NCBI GenBank assembly: GCA_964016885.1
Contig: OZ024741.1
Location: 317,998,001 to 318,062,000, forward strand
DNA: 64,000 nt
Source of the DNA: Eledone cirrhosa
Taxonomy: Eukaryota
Direction of reading: 5' to 3'
In this document: positions 62,566 to 64,000 of the stretch, one piece after another
Numbering within the stretch: position 1 is the first letter of the stretch
Layout: every line of letters starts with the position of its first letter
The notes under the pieces: generated by a model
The model's database searches: none
Told to the model about the DNA's origin: nothing
Seen by the model: only the letters and a program-made list of their open reading frames with translations
Program-made: the position numbers and the translations under genes

Positions 62566-62633
62566 AATATATTAGAAAGTGAGGTTTTTTTTACAAAATG
62601 AAAAATAACCGAGGTGTCCTACACGAGTGGAAG

Positions 62634-62851
62634 TATAAAGAAAAGAGATGAAATCGAAAATGCAACTGAAGTCTTATTTTTTTTAAAAATATATATATTT
62701 ATTTGGTTCCTTTACCGGTTTCACAGACCCTCCATCTCAACTCACCTTTTGAAAAGCAGAAGAACTGCGAAACCGGTAAAGGAACCAAATAAATATATAT
62801 ATTTAAAAAAAAAATAAGACTTCAGTTGCATTTTCGATTTCATCTCTTTTT

Positions 62852-62858
<7 letters not shown>
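62634..62858. mobile_element. Fold-back element (about 93-bp arms) with HHR, adjacent to (TA)n, upstream of the detected M13 exons (probably intronic)
   Basis: Arms 62634-62726 and 62765-62858 are near-perfect reverse complements. Confidence 0.8.
62745..62782 (+). ncRNA. Minimal type I hammerhead ribozyme, U3-A8 core variant
   Basis: CCTT-TTGAAAA-GCAG(AAGAA)CTGC-GAA-ACCGGT-A-AAGG: perfect stems I and II, palindromic stem III ACCGGT, compensatory U3/A8 core. Confidence 0.8.
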
Positions 62859-62917
<59 letters not shown>

Positions 62918-63189
62918 TATATATATGTATATGTATATATGTATAAATAAAAATATATATATATCTATATATATATATATATATATAATCAAGGTTTAGC
63001 AAATAAGAAAAAGTTTTAAAATAAATTTTAAAAAGTTCACTGTACCTGCATATATATATATACACACACACATACACACACACATACACACACATACACA
63101 CACATATATGTATCTATATATATCTATATATATATATACATACATACAGACACACATATAAATGCACATGTATATGTGTATATATGTTT

Positions 63190-63505
63190 CCTTGAGCAAG
63201 ACACTTTATTTCACATTGCTCCAGTTTACTCAGCTCAGCTGTAGAAATGAGATGATAGGAACTAGGGTCCCTATCATTCCACTGCAAAGTGGTCGTGGAG
63301 GTGCTCGGCAAAATAAGCACCCAGTACTCACTGTAAATGAGGTTGGTGTTAGGAAGGGCATCTAACTGTAGAAATCAAGCCAGAATCAGTTCCCGTATGA
63401 GCAAGACAAGGTCAGCCGACCAGACACTGCCCACAACAGGACAACCCGTCTAACCCATGCTAGCGTGGAAGAACGGACATAAAACGGTGATGATAATGAT
63501 GATGA
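63190..63505 (+). mobile_element. SINE with cttgagcaagacactttatttcac core and RTE-like (GAT)n tail
   Basis: Core shared with about 22300, 55125, 7100(-), 11860(-) and 56010(-). Tail shared with about 3290-3550, 10820-11140, 16320-16915, 30920-31100, 53440-53720 and 59230-59400(-). Confidence 0.7.
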
Positions 63506-64000
63506 TATATATATATATAAAAAAGAAAATTTTCGCTGTACATGGCTGAATACAATAAATGTAATCTGAGTTTTTTGAATATTAATAATAACATTCGATT
63601 CAATTTTGCAAACAAGCCTCAATTTTATAGCCATGTCAGTAGAATGAACCCTTCATCCTTGCTCTTGTGTTGGCATGTGAACAGAAACATTAGTGTCTGC
63701 AGTTCTGTTCACAGGTCAACTTTGCCTTGTTGATAAAATAAAGTACCAGTAATACACTGAGATAATTGCTGGCCTTGTGCCAAAAGTAGAAACAATTATT
63801 AATATTCGAAAAACATTTATTATATATATATAAAGTAAAATAACGTAGTAAATGACTCGCGTATAATCCTAATTATTATGTTTCACCTCTCTTAGCTTAT
63901 ATTCTCTTGACACTGGTGGTCTAAAATCCTGTAAATGAAAACACACTCTCTTGTCTTTTTCCTGTCTATATTGTATATATGTATATATATATATACATAT

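Noticed and set aside
63886-63927. Possible upstream M13 exon on the minus strand (DFRPPVSREYKLRE)
   Set aside because: Good acceptor, but open only in phase 0-0, incompatible with the phase-2 start of the 58719 exon, and no clear M13 homology.

Overview
AT-rich, microsatellite-saturated eukaryotic DNA. The SINE, RTE-LINE and (TA)n landscape resembles an octopus/coleoid genome (inference). Nearly all ORFs in the supplied track are (TA)n/(CA)n/(GAT)n artefacts. The only host gene I can support is the 3' part of an M13 (neprilysin/ECE/PHEX-like) zinc metallopeptidase on the minus strand: 7 GT-AG exons, 52138-58719. It keeps the zinc ligands (HEITH, ENIADNGG) but has substitutions at several normally invariant active-site residues. 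The rest is decayed RTE LINEs, tRNA-derived SINEs, TTAA-, TA- and 8-bp-TSD MITEs, and mini/microsatellites. The main hidden signal is a set of about 10 hammerhead-ribozyme (HHR) motifs from several sequence families: 3 complete, 2 near-complete, the rest degenerate or half. Most sit in fold-back elements next to (TA)n tracts, typical of Penelope-like retroelements and retrozymes. They show a U3-A8 core covariation, pyrimidine mismatches at 10.1/11.1 and palindromic stem-III loops, and one lies in a 330-nt repeat unit. There is also a tRNA-like sequence in the loop of a long G.U-rich hairpin. All structures were folded by eye and none is experimentally verified.
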